The position numbers were made by a program, and so were the translations under genes. The notes below the pieces were generated by a model. The model was given only the letters and a program-made list of their open reading frames with translations. It searched no databases and was not told the origin of the DNA. Shown piece by piece: positions 1 through 11,550 of a DNA stretch of 64,000 bases. The DNA lies in the NCBI RefSeq assembly GCF_032444005.1, contig NC_091287.1, forward strand, positions 134,416,001-134,480,000, in the 5' to 3' direction. Each line of letters starts with the position of its first letter. The first letter of the stretch is position 1. The stretch comes from Ranitomeya imitator (taxonomy: Eukaryota).

Positions 1-133
1 TATATATATATATATATATACACATATACATATATATACAGTGATGGTGGGTATGTTTGTGTTAATTTTCTCACTTTTTATTTTATATTATATTTGGCAT
101 TGTATTAATTACAGCAGTGGACCATCCCTTTAA

Positions 134-476
134 GGCCTCATTCAGACATCAATGTTGCACATGCGTATACTATCCATCCATATTCTCCACAGATATAACA
201 TGTACCCATTAGTTTATGGGACTGTTCATATGTCCGTTTTTACAGGCAGCTCAGAAGTGCCAATATAAGTCTATGGGTCCGTGAGAAACACATATAGCAC
301 ATGGATAGCATTAATGCACCATTTGTATGCTGTATATACTTAACATTGCAAAGGATAGGAAATTTGTAGATTCTTAATCCATAAATAAAAATCAATCACC
401 AAACTTTGATCCAAACACTAATAACATCAGTACCATTTTTTGCACATGTGAAAAGCACTGACATCTCAATGAGGCC
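134..476. mobile_element. Harbinger-type MITE
   Basis: Ends GGCCTCATT...AATGAGGCC; TAA at 131-133 and 477-479. Confidence 0.7.
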
Positions 477-594
477 TAACAAAGGGCTAAATAATGATGC
501 CTGTGCTGTGGCCCACAGCATTCCCCTTTCATGTTTTTTATTTATAATAATAATAATAAAGCTGACCATGTGTTAATATAATAAATTAACTATA

Positions 595-853
595 AATGAG
601 CATGAATGGATTCGCCCAACCTCGGGCCAAGTCAGTGATTTCTGGCCGTGGATAGGAGCTGCGTGAATTTCCTGATATTCCGTGTTCCTCGGTCAGGCGT
701 TTAATTGCTGGCCTGGTGCGTGGCAAACAGATAACGACATGCCAGCACAGTAAATCCTAAACTGATCCCAGAAGGTCCGGAAACAAAAAGTCCTGTCCAC
801 GGCCAGAGAGCACTAACCTGGGTCAGAGTTGGAAGAAGCGATCACTCATCTCT
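595..853. mobile_element. Old palindromic MITE (hAT-like TAGAGATGAG end)
   Basis: Imperfect inverted arms (GTGATTTCTGGCCGTGGATAGGA vs TCCTGTCCACGGCCAGAGAGCAC); right end ...CGATCACTCATCTCT. Confidence 0.45.
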
Positions 854-883
854 GAAAATACTCACTACTTATTTGTCACTTGA

Positions 884-1220
884 TGCTATGTGCACACGTT
901 GCGGATTCGTGTGCGGATTTTACAGCACCGCTTTTGAAAAGTCCGCAGGTAAAACGCACTTGGATTTCCAGCGTTTTTAGTGCGGTTTTACACCTGAGGA
1001 TTCCTATACAGGAGCAGGTGTAAAACGCTGCGGAATCTGCACAAAGAATTGACATGCTGCGGAAAATACAACTCAGCGTTTATACGCGGTATTTTCCGCA
1101 CCATGGGCACTAAGGATTTGGTTTTCCATAGGTTTACATGGTACTGTAAACCCGATGGAAAACTGCTGCAAATCCGCAGCGGCCAATCCGCAGGCAAATC
1201 CGCAACGTGTGCACATATCC
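884..1220. mobile_element. Harbinger-type MITE (GCGG/CCGC-rich subfamily)
   Basis: Ends (T)GCTATGTGCACACGTTGCGG...CCGCAACGTGTGCACATATCC; flanks TGA/TTA. Confidence 0.8.
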
Positions 1221-1804
1221 TTAATGGTCTATGCTCATATAGTCTCTGCTTATTTGTTCCTACAGCAACAACTTCATGCCATCATTGATGTGACTGCTGC
1301 AGCCAATCACTGATCATGCAGGTGATGTTTGAATAGATGGCACATGACTGCTGAGATCAGTGATGAGGTTGCAGCAGACATGGTGGATAGTAACAGGTGA
1401 GTAATAGTTATTTTAATATACAAACACATGTCTAGCTAGTAGCCAACTTTAGACAAAATAACGGACAACCCCTTTAATATAACGTTACCTGTTTATTTGT
1501 AATTCATACCATTACAAATGGGAATCTGAGTCACCAAGATCATGCCGCCCCACTGCACCCAATACAGAATGGGAGGGCTGCGAATTATAGTTGGCCTAGA
1601 TCCAGTGCTACCGCTATGTTACCTGTAGAACACGCCAGCATTTTAGGGTTAAATACTGCAAATTATTATTGCTAGATCAATCACTAATTGACACCCTATT
1701 AGGACAGGATGATCCAAGTGTCAGATTCCCATTATTGTACTTAATGTCTGTGAAGCTTGTGCTTCTACAAAGGCAGAGCAGCAGTATAAAGACATATGGA
1801 AAGC

Positions 1805-2825
1805 AGAGCAGCAGCCAGGCTCCAGCATCCCATAATCGAAGGTGTCTTCAGTACCCAAAAATTATCAACACTCTGCATTTATTATGATATCATAAAAGTG
1901 ACATCAGCAGCCAGGCTCCAGCATCCAATAATAATAATCCAAGGTAGCTGCAGTACCCAAAAATTATCAACACTCTGCATTTATTATGATATCATAAAAG
2001 TGACATCAGCAGCCAGGCTCCAGCATCCAATAATAATAATCCAAGGCAGCTGCAGTACCCAAAAATTATCAACTTTCTGCATTTATTATGATATAATAAA
2101 AGCGACAGCAGCAGCCAGGCTCCAGCATCCAATAATAATAATCCAAGGTAGCTGCAGTACCCAAAAATTATCAACACTCTGCATTTATTATGATATCATA
2201 AAAGTGACATCAGCAGCCAGGCTCCAGCATCCAATAATAATAATACAAGGTAGCTGCAGTACCCAAAAATTATCAACACTCTGCATTTATTATGATATCA
2301 TAAAAGTGACATTAGCAGCCAGGCTCCAGCATCCAATAATAATAATAATAATCCAAGGCAGCTGCAGTACCCAAAAATTATCAACTTTCTGCATTTATTA
2401 TGATATAATAAAAGTGACAGCAGCAGCCAGGCTCCAGCATCCAATAATAATAATCCAAGGTAGCTGCAGTACCCAAAAATTATCAACATTCTGCATTTAT
2501 TAGGATATAATAAAAGTGACAGCAGCAGCCAGGCTCCAGCATCCAATAATAATCCAAGATAGCTGCAGTACCCAAAAATTATCAACTTTCTGCATTTGTT
2601 ATGACGTAATGAAGTGAGACAGCAGCAACCAGGCTCCAGCATCCAATAATAAACCAAGGTGTCTTAAGTACCCAAAAATGATCAATGTTCTGCATTGGTG
2701 AAGACATAATAAAATGACAGCAGCAGCCAGGCACCAGCATCCTATAATAATCCTAGGTGTCTTCAGTGCCTAAACATTATCAACGTTCTGCACTGGTGAT
2801 GACATAATATAGTGATAGCAGCAAC
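1805..2825. repeat. About 102-bp minisatellite, about 10 copies, with a variable internal (AAT)n
   Basis: GCAGCCAGGCTCCAGCATCC recurs about every 102 bp; the 235-aa ORF is its 34-codon periodic translation. Confidence 0.95.
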
Positions 2826-3449
2826 ATACCGACCCCGAGTATAGATCTGGTTCTTTGCCAATACAATAATGCACAGCCCTCCTACTTTAAACCCTTTTAA
2901 CCAATCAAATCATCTGTACATGACCACCAACAGATACAGTTCCACAAAAGAACATGCCAGCTCCATCTGACTGCAGGTCCTTGTACACTGGGTGATACAC
3001 ATGTGCATCCAAACTCCTCGCCCCTCTCTGAAGGTCAGAATGGAATATAACCCAATATTTCTATTTTGTATATTTTGTCACTGGTCTGATAGAGTTTCAG
3101 ACTCACCTTAGCAGTTCTATAATAGAATATGTTGGAAAGGTTTCAGGGTGACCTTACTAAAACTAGAATATTTCATACCAGCAAAGCCCAGACACATACA
3201 GAGTACGCTTTAATCAATAGGAAGACCCTAGCACAATAAATATTCATGTAGTAACTAATGCAAGTAACTTTTCAAACTATAAAAAGGCTAGAAGCTCCAC
3301 GGACACTCATAAGTGGATTAGAAATAAAAGAAAAAAAAAAAAAGATGAGCAGCGCTCTAAAAAGCAACATTCATGATCTTATAGCTCACCCGGGCAAATG
3401 CAAAGAAATGAGCAGGCCTCCTTTAGCCCCGGCTGTCCGAGCAGAATGC

Positions 3450-3699
3450 TCCCAATGAGGCGGCTGGGCCAGACCACCCTTGCATGTGACCTTGAATGTC
3501 AGGCGTGGGTGGGAGTAGCTCAGCAGATTTCTCAGAGAGCGGCTCCGCTCATTGGGACTCCTTCCATAGCTTTCTCTGAGCATCTATAAATAGAGTAAAG
3601 TGAGAGGGACAGAACGGTGCTGAACACGGCCGGCAGCCATGGAGGCTCATGGATCAGGCACATCCAGCTTCATACAATCGTCTAGAATGATTATTAAAG
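3450..3699 (+). promoter_or_regulatory. Candidate Pol II promoter and first exon of an unidentified host gene
   Basis: CCAAT 3452-3456, TGACCTTGA (ERR/NR5A site) 3487-3495, ATTGG 3551-3555, CTATAAATAG (TATA/MEF2) 3584-3593, Kozak GCAGCCATGG (ATG 3639), donor AAG|GTGCGT at 3699/3700, all in non-repetitive DNA. Confidence 0.45.
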
Positions 3700-3926
3700 G
3701 TGCGTCACGCCGAAGATCAAAGGAAAGTGTCGTGGACGCCATGACGAGCGGCTGAGGATGATGCGCTACATCCCCTTGATGTCTGCAGGAGTTTTATAAC
3801 TGGATCTCAGCACCTACGGAATGAGATTTCACAAGCCTGCCCATAATTACTGTAACCCAGCACCAGAGATCATCTTCATATATCGAAGTTATAGAATCTG
3901 AAAAAGTAAAAGCTTCTCTGTTATTA

Positions 3927-4232
3927 GGGTACGTTTCCACGTTCAGGATTTGCTGCGGTTTTGAGCATCAATGTTACAGCATAGTGGATGGGATTTCTAG
4001 ACATTCCATGTCCACCTATGTGCACCTGCAGATCACCCGCGGAGACGGACATGTGGACCGTCTCTCAGATCCGCAGCATGTCAATCTCTCTTGCGGATTT
4101 TCCCCACAGACTTGCAGTAATGACGAAAATCCGCATGTGTAAAATACGTAAATGTGTGTCTAATTTGCGTAATAGGCGCGGACATTCTGCAGCGTCAAAA
4201 CCGCAACAGATCCTGAACGTGGGAACGTGCCC
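3927..4232. mobile_element. Harbinger-type MITE
   Basis: GGGTACGTTTCCACGTTCAGGA...TCCTGAACGTGGGAACGTGCCC; TTA TSD at 3924-3926 and 4233-4235. Confidence 0.85.
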
Positions 4233-4500
4233 TTAGTATTTGTTCTCCAGCTGCATTTTTGCAGCTTTTTTTTTCCGGCTCAAAAAAAATAAATAAATCG
4301 TTTTAAAGTTCCAACAAAGTAAGTGAGATTTCTGAAATCTCCTTCATACGCTGCTTATTTTTTCTTTCCTTTTTCAATTATGCATGTCAAAAGTGAAAAT
4401 AAAAATGCAACAAAGAACACATCAAAACGAGCGTATTTTACACAGGGTTTTCCCTGTTGAACAATCTGCTGTAAATACTCATCATGTGCACACAGCCTAA

Positions 4501-4812
4501 GGCCAGGTTCACACTGCGTTAACAGCAGCCCGTTCAACACATGCGTTAACGGGCTGCGGTTATCGGCACTTGCGTTATGTCGTCGCGCTAGTGCAAATAG
4601 AACTAGCAGATGCTCCATCTGCGCTAGCGGTGACGGACCCGGAAACGCTGCAGCCCGCGTCCCAGGGTCCGTCACTCAATGACGGTACATCGCTAGCGAT
4701 GCGTCCGACATTGAACTAAATGGCGGCATTAACGGACTGCGTTACACCGCGTTATGCCGCGATGTAACGCAGTCCATCTAACGGACGCCAAAAACGTAAT
4801 GTGAACCCGGCC
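4501..4812. mobile_element. Harbinger-type MITE
   Basis: GGCCAGGTTCACACTGCGTT...AACGTAATGTGAACCCGGCC; TAA/TTA flanks. Confidence 0.85.
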
Positions 4813-5490
4813 TTATGCAGACATTTTAGGCGTTTGAATAAAAATGGAAAAGACAACATTGTATTGTAAATAAAAACAAAAACAACAAAAGTAACAAAAC
4901 TGTTATTTATTGTGTTCCTGGAACAAGACTATGAAATATTCTTTACACGTCAAATACTTACAGGACCTTGTGATATTTCGCTGTTCACGGCCCGATCTGC
5001 TGCCAGGACTCACCTGAAAAACACAAATATGGATGCACATTAGTGATAATAATGACAGATAAAAAATATGATTTACTAATGCAAACCACAGACGCATCAT
5101 CCACGGCTAGACCATGCATGGCGTCGTTTTTCTGCTGCAGATCTGGCCGCAGTTTTGTAGCAAGTTCAGAATGTTTTACATGTAGATTCACATGGATGTC
5201 ACTCCTATACAATGAATGGGTGAACCCTGGGGCATTTCGCCAACATATTGAGTATGATGTGGAGCGCTACTATTTCAAAACTAACTACATGGAAGAAAAA
5301 GTACATGCATCAAAGGTTGGGATCACCACACCAATAATATTAGCACAAAAATAATTTTTATTGACCACACCACACAAAAACCATTTTAAAAACCCGCTGA
5401 CCTTGAGGAAGACGCTACAAGCGTTGATACGCCTGGGTCTTAACACTGACACGGTCTGCCATGCTATTGCCTTAGGGTTTTTTGGTGTAA

Positions 5491-6205
5491 AGGTACCGTC
5501 ACACTGGACGATATCGCTAGCGATCCGTGACGTTGCAGCGTCCTGGCTAGCGATATCGTCCAGTGTGACAGGCAGCAGCGATCAGGCCCCTGCTGTGATA
5601 TCGCTGGTCGGGGCAGAAAGGCCAGGACTTTATTTCGTAGCTGGCTCTCCCGCTGACATCGCTGAATCGGCGTGTGTGACGCCGATTCAGCGATGTCTTC
5701 GCTGGTAACCAGGGTAAACATCGGGTTATTAAGCGCAGGGCCGCGCTTAGTAACCCGATGTTTACCCTGGTTACCATCGTTAAAGTTAAAAAAACAACCA
5801 CTAAATACTTACCTACCGCTGTCTGTCCTCCGGCGCTCTGCTTCTCTGCTCTGGCTGTGAGCGCCGGGCAGCCGGAAAGCACAGCGGTGACGTCACCGCT
5901 GTGCTTTCCAGCCGCTGTGCTCACAGCCAGAGCAGAGAAGCACAGCGCCGGGGACAGACAGCGGTAGGTAAGTATGTAGCGTTTGTTTTTTTTACTTTGA
6001 CGATGGTAACCAGGGTAAACATCGGGTTACTAAGCGCGGCCCTGCGCTTAGTAACTCGATGTTTACCCTGGTTACCGGGGACCTCGGGATCGTTGGTCGC
6101 TGGAGAGCTGTCTGTGTGACAGCTCTCCAGCGACCAAACAGCGACGCTGCAGCGATCCGGATCGTTGTCGGTATCGCTGCTGCGTCGCTTAGTGTGACGG
6201 TATCT
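5491..6205. mobile_element. Harbinger-type MITE, AGGTAC family (nested palindromes)
   Basis: AGGTACCGTCACACT...AGTGTGACGGTATCT; TAA TSD at 5488-5490 and 6206-6208. Confidence 0.9.
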
Positions 6206-6573
6206 TAACCCCTGGAGAGCACTTGATCTCTTCATGCTCTATGGATACTCAGGTCTTTCCTCAGCTGTGGGGGTCATTATGGGATTTCAGATTTAATGTG
6301 TCACTCTAATAGGGACTTTGTTGTTTGTTTCTGAATGGGATAACAGCATGCATATATTGACTAGTTAATATTACTCCGAGTTTGGTCCCATTGATTGATA
6401 TATATATATATATATAATTGGAATTGACTGTGAAGTCTTTCTTTTTTGAGTACCGTATTTAACTCCTGTCTATCTGGACCCTAATCCTCCACCCTGTATG
6501 GGGGTTTTTAAAATGGTTTTTGTGTGGTGATGTCAATAAAAATTGTTATTTTTATACTAAAATTATTGGCATG

Positions 6574-8190
6574 CAAAGCAATATGCTCTTCAACAGGGGA
6601 GATTTTCCTTCCTAACCTCAGAGGCTATGAGGGCATGGCACTGCAGTGGTGTGAAGGGGTCCGCTCCTGCTGGGGCCAGCCTTCTTACACCTATTTTTTG
6701 CAACCCGGCATTTCCTCCGGGCATTCACAGGAAAGCCTTCATGGGATGGAAATACGAGGATGACATACGGGTTGGTGATATCTTTCAGCATGGCGAGATT
6801 CCCACCTTCTGTTCCCTCCAAACCCAATCTCCCTCCACTAAACTTCTATGGTGGGAATACTTGCAGGTCCGGTCCTTCCTGACCTCTTTGAATTTGCCAA
6901 AGGGTTCGAACTGTAGACTCTCTCCCTTGGAACTGTTGTTTGCCGGTGGTGACGCCCCGAGCAGGGGAATCTCTTCCCTCTACTCAATTTTTTCAACACC
7001 TGACTCTGACGCAAGGCTCTATTTCCAGTCTGCTTGGGAGAAGGATTTAGGGCGAATTCTGTCGGATGAGGAATGGGAGCGTTGCTTCCTGATGAACCAT
7101 AAACTCCCGAGTTCCAGTGAGGCCTCGGAGAAGGGGTATAAACTGCAATATAGGTGGTATCTCACACCTGACAGGTTACACAAATTTTCTCCCACAATTT
7201 CAAACTGCTGTTGGAGGTGTGGAAATGGCATTGGCTCCCTTTTGCATATCTGGTGGGGCTGCCCCTTGATTAGAACATTCTGGGACCAAGTGTTCAGAAA
7301 TTATGGTTTGATCACAGGCAAGCACATCACTGGTACTCCGGAGATGGCATTGCTCTCCATGATTCCCGGTTCAGTGAGATCCCAAAAAAAGGACATCCTC
7401 AAATTTTGTCTAGCGGCTGCTAGAACGGTGATCCCCCGCCGATGGCGAGACCCGGTTCCCCCCGATATTGTGGAGTGGTTTTCAGAATTTGAAACCATCT
7501 TTAGGATGGAGGAAATTGATGCAGACCTTTCACAGACAAGGGTCTCCTTTTTAGGTATCTGGACTGAATGGATTCTATTTAAAGATTCTGCTCGTTTCCC
7601 TGACCGGTTTACCTGAATACACCTGTCTATTCTACAGTCGATTACTATGCTACTCTTCCTTTCTTTTCGTGTTCTGATTTTATATTTCTTTTCTTGAGCC
7701 CCACCTACTCGGGCTCCCCCCTCTATTTCCTCTTCTTTCAATCTCCCCCCTGGGTGAGCTGTTCACCTTCCACCAGCTCGGTGTGATAGGTCTATACCAT
7801 GATTTATCAGTTACTTTTATAATGATACTATTTGCGTGCATGTCTCGCTCTAGGGGACATGGGCGAACTGATTTTAGGTATGCTTTATTTTATTCACGGT
7901 AAGGAAAGTCCTCGCCTGTTGCGGGGGCAAGGAGTTATTGCTTATATGTTAAAGATACCATAGTCATTCTAGAGGGTTTACTCCCTCTAATTTTTTTTTT
8001 ATTTTTTTTTCTTATTCTTTCTCTCTTTTATGTAAGATTTATGCAAGGTTTGTGAACGAGTGTTTTTTGTGTTACTCTTCTCGAATTGTATATTATAAGA
8101 AAAAGTACTTTGATCATTGACGTAGTTTTCAACTACTGTTTTTCTTGTAAAATTCTCTTCTCTTTAATAAAAATATATTTAACCAAAAAA
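6574..8190 (+). mobile_element. 5'-truncated L1 (LINE-1/Tx1 clade) with 15-bp TSD
   Basis: TSD AAAATTATTGGCATG at 6559-6573 and 8191-8205; AATAAA at 8166-8171; short poly-A tail. Confidence 0.93.
6576..7616 (+). pseudogene. C-terminal part of L1 ORF2 (Cys-rich/zf-RVT region), open frame, 5'-truncated
   Basis: AWEKDLG...EEWERC...KLQYRWYLTPDRLHKF...CCWRCG...SLLHIWWGCPLIRTFW. No RT or endonuclease domain present. Confidence 0.9.
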
Positions 8191-8873
8191 AAAATTATTG
8201 GCATGGTGATCCCAATCTTTGATGCATGTACTTTTTCTTCCATGTTGTTTGTCTATATTGCTATGCATCAGGAGATTCCCCTACTTATTTAAAGTGGATG
8301 GTGCCCGCTCAAATTGTGTTTTGTACCATTTCAAAACTACATCCATATGTATTGTACTGTAACTGTCAGGGCAGAGACCGCGTCACAAATCGGCAGCAAT
8401 TACACAATATCTACATGGCACTTTGATTGACAGCTCCCTCTGCAGCACATCTGTCAGAGTCCCGGGCTGCACTCACAGCTGCCGTACACCATGTACTGAG
8501 CGATGACTGGAGCGTCCTTCATCTTCTCCTGGTAGACGTGCTTTTAGTAACTTGGTAGGACAACGCTGTTATGGTATTACCCTGAAAATTTACACTAGGT
8601 TTGGAAGTTTAAGGACACGACAGGTTCATTTTAAATGACTGGTGAATGCATCCTCATCATGCTTCAGAGATTCTAGCAAAATTAAATGTAAAGGTCATTT
8701 GTGCCCTTGGAGAAATTGAGCGGAGAATTGGATCGCAAAATTTTGCTATGAGCAATAACAGGAGTAGGTCTTAGAATGATTGAGTGTGAATAATATACAT
8801 ATATAAAAGAAAAAATATACTTGGTCAGACTACACAGTATTTTGAGGGACTGCAATCAGGAAATCATTAACAG

Positions 8874-8940
<67 letters not shown>

Positions 8941-8960
8941 TACATACAGAGGACCTCTAA

Positions 8961-10075
8961 GGCCATGTTCACACAGTGCGTTTTTTACCGCGGAACCGCG
9001 GCGGTTTTGCCGCTGCGGTTCCGCAGCTGTTTTCCATGCAGGGTACAGTACACTGTACCCTATGGAAAACAGGACACACTGTGCACATGGTCCGGAAATT
9101 GTTAAAAAAAAGACGCGCTGAATAGCTCCCGGAAAAAAGAAGGAGCATGTCAATTCTTTTTCCGGAGCCGCAGCGGTTCTGCACCCATAGACCTCCATTG
9201 TGAGGTCCAAACCGCAGTAAAACCCGCAGATCAAAAATATATCTGCGGGTTTTACTGCGATTTGATGTGCAGAACCGCTGCAGCAGGAAGTGCGGGGAGC
9301 GGGCGGAAGTGCGTGGGCGGAGTGTGGCTGCCCCCCCCGTGTTCCGATCCCGCCCCCCCGTGCTCCGATGCCCCCCCCCAGTGCTCCGATGCCCCCCCCA
9401 GTGCTCTGATGCCCCCCCCGTGCCCTAATCTCCCCCCCTTATACTCACCCGGCGTCCCGGTGTCCGTCCGGCCGTCTTCTCCCTGGGCGCCGCCATCTTG
9501 CAAAATGGCGGGCGCATGCGCAGTGCGCCCGCCGAATCTGCAGGCCGGCAGATTCGCTCCAAAGTGCATTTTGATCACTGAGATATAACCTATCTCAGTG
9601 ATCAAAATAAAAAAATAGTAAATGACACCCCCCCCCCCCTTTGTCACCCCCATAGNNNNNNNNNNNNNNNNNNNNNNNNNNNNNNNNNNNNNNNNNNNNN
9701 NNNNNNNNNNNNNNNNNNNNNNNNNNNNNNNNNNNNNNNNNNNNNNNNNNNNNNNNNNNNNNNNNNNNNNNNNNNNNNNNNNNNNNNNNNNNNNNNNNNN
9801 NNNNNNNNNNNNNNNNNNNNNNNNNNNNNNNNNNNNNNNNNNNNNNNNNNNNNNNNNNNNNNNNNTTAACCCTAAAAAAATTCCTAGAAAACACACAGAC
9901 TCTGGCTAGAAAACTGCATCAAAAAAACGCATCAAAAAACGCATCAAAAAACGCATCAAAAACGGACCAAAAAAGGACCAAAAAAAGGACCTGCGTTTTC
10001 TGCCAAGAGCTGCAGTTTTTTAAAAAACAGTCAGGAAAAAAAAAGGATGGAAATCCTGAACGTGTGAACATACCC
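8961..10075. mobile_element. Harbinger-type non-autonomous element spanning the assembly gap
   Basis: GGCCATGTTCACACAG...CGTGTGAACATACCC with TAA on both sides. The two halves could be separate elements joined across the Ns. Confidence 0.6.
9656..9865. other. Assembly gap (210 N)
   Basis: Run of N. Confidence 1.
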
Positions 10076-10184
10076 TAATAATAAGTCAAGATGAATCACA
10101 AAGCAAATGTGTGCTCGTTTTGTCACTAAGCTGGCCATAGGATTACAGGATTGTAGTGCAGCACTTTCAGCAGTATTACAGTAG

Positions 10185-11550
10185 TGTCACAAGGGTGTCA
10201 CGTGTTGTGAATTCTGTGGCTGAATTCACTCCTGTGGTCACAAGTGGTACTGCAGCTTCTGAGCTTCCTTCCTCAGGTGTTCTGGTGAGCTCATTAGCTG
10301 CTTCGTTACTTAACTCCACCTGATGCTGCTATCCTTGCTCCTAGTCAATGTTCCAGTGTTGGATCTGAGCTTCTCCTGATTGTTCCTGTGACCTGCTGCT
10401 CTGTATAGCGAAGTGCTTTTTTGCTATTTTGTTGCCTTTTTTCTGTCCAGCTTGTCTTTTGTTTTGCTGGAAGCTCTGAGACGCAAAGGGTGTACCGCCG
10501 TGCCGTTAGTCCGGCACGGTGGTTTTTTTTTTGCCCCTTTGCGTGGGTTTTGCTTTAGGGTTTTTTGTAGACTGCAAAGTTCGCTTTACTGTCCTCGCTC
10601 TGTCTAAGAATATCGGGCCCCACTTTGCTGAATCTATTTCATCCCTACGTTTTGTCTTTTCATCTTACTCACAGTCATTATATGTGGGGGGCTGCCTTTT
10701 CCTTTGGGGTATTTCTCTGGGGGCAAGTCAGGCCTATTTTTCTATCTTCAGGCTAGCTAGTTTCTTAGGCTGTGCCGAGTTGCATAGGTAGTGGTTAGGC
10801 GCAATCCACAGCCACTTTTAGTTGTGTTTAGGATAGGATCAGGTGTGCAGTCTACAGAGTTTCCACGTCTCAGAGCTCGTTCTTTTGTTTTTGGGTATTT
10901 GTCAGATCACTGTGTGCGCTCTGATCGCTAGGCACACTGTGTCTCTGGATTGCCTTCATTACACCTTTCATTAGCAGACATAACAGTCACGTCCCCATGG
11001 AAAACCTGGAGTTTGACGGTCACGTTGTGTAATAAATCACAGGTCTTCTTTAGAGATACTGTAATTTATGTCCTATTTTAAATGGATTCAGCTTCATGCC
11101 ATGCCGAGAGGGTAAAGGGTTCTTTCCATGCTTGCTGAGACCATACAGCCTGGTTTTTCTCAGGTGCAATTGCTAATCATTTACATCCTCTTTATATACT
11201 GGCTCTGGGCTGTTAGTTGCTGCCGGTGAAATATTTGTCTTCCTGTGCTATGTGCTAAAGCTAAGCAGTTGAAGTGGAGTTGTAGTAGTAGTGATCTATA
11301 GTTTCCTGTAGTATGTGAGCGTTTATCTCCTGGTCCCTATTCCCATTTTGTCTATTCCTCCCTATCCCTATTCTCCTATCTATTGTTAATTTGTGCTTTT
11401 GTATAATAGAGGTTTTCTGTTATCATTGTTTTGGGACAGATTAAGGTTTAACAGGAGCATAGCAAATTCAGAGACCCAGGCCTCTCTACCTTCAAGAGTA
11501 CCCCCGGGACATGGATAGTTAGGGTTCCAGAGACAGTTGGACTATACATC
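10185..11550 (+). mobile_element. LTR of a second family, interrupted 18 bp from its start by the solo LTR
   Basis: Rejoined start TGTCACAAGGGTGTCACGTCCCCATGGAAAACCTGGAGTTTGACGGTCACG aligns with 27982-28040; 3' end not clearly defined. Confidence 0.6.
10203..10985 (+). mobile_element. Solo LTR (783 bp) with 6-bp TSD
   Basis: TGTTGTG...CATAACA termini; GTCACG at 10197-10202 and 10986-10991; no internal coding region. Confidence 0.85.

Larger units (their letters stand above)
5285..8250 (+). mobile_element. Penelope-like pLTR remnant with inverted terminal copy, interrupted by a MITE and an L1
   Basis: 5285-5395 is the reverse complement of 6500-6573 joined to 8206-8245; degenerate hammerhead motif at 5399-5439. 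Confidence 0.6.

Noticed and set aside
595-853. GC-richer block as a host exon
   Set aside because: No sustained ORF; explained by decayed inverted arms of an old MITE.
1796-2657. 235-aa repetitive ORF
   Set aside because: 34-codon periodic translation of the 102-bp minisatellite.
9252-9909. ORFs spanning the X run
   Set aside because: Artefacts of translating across the N gap.
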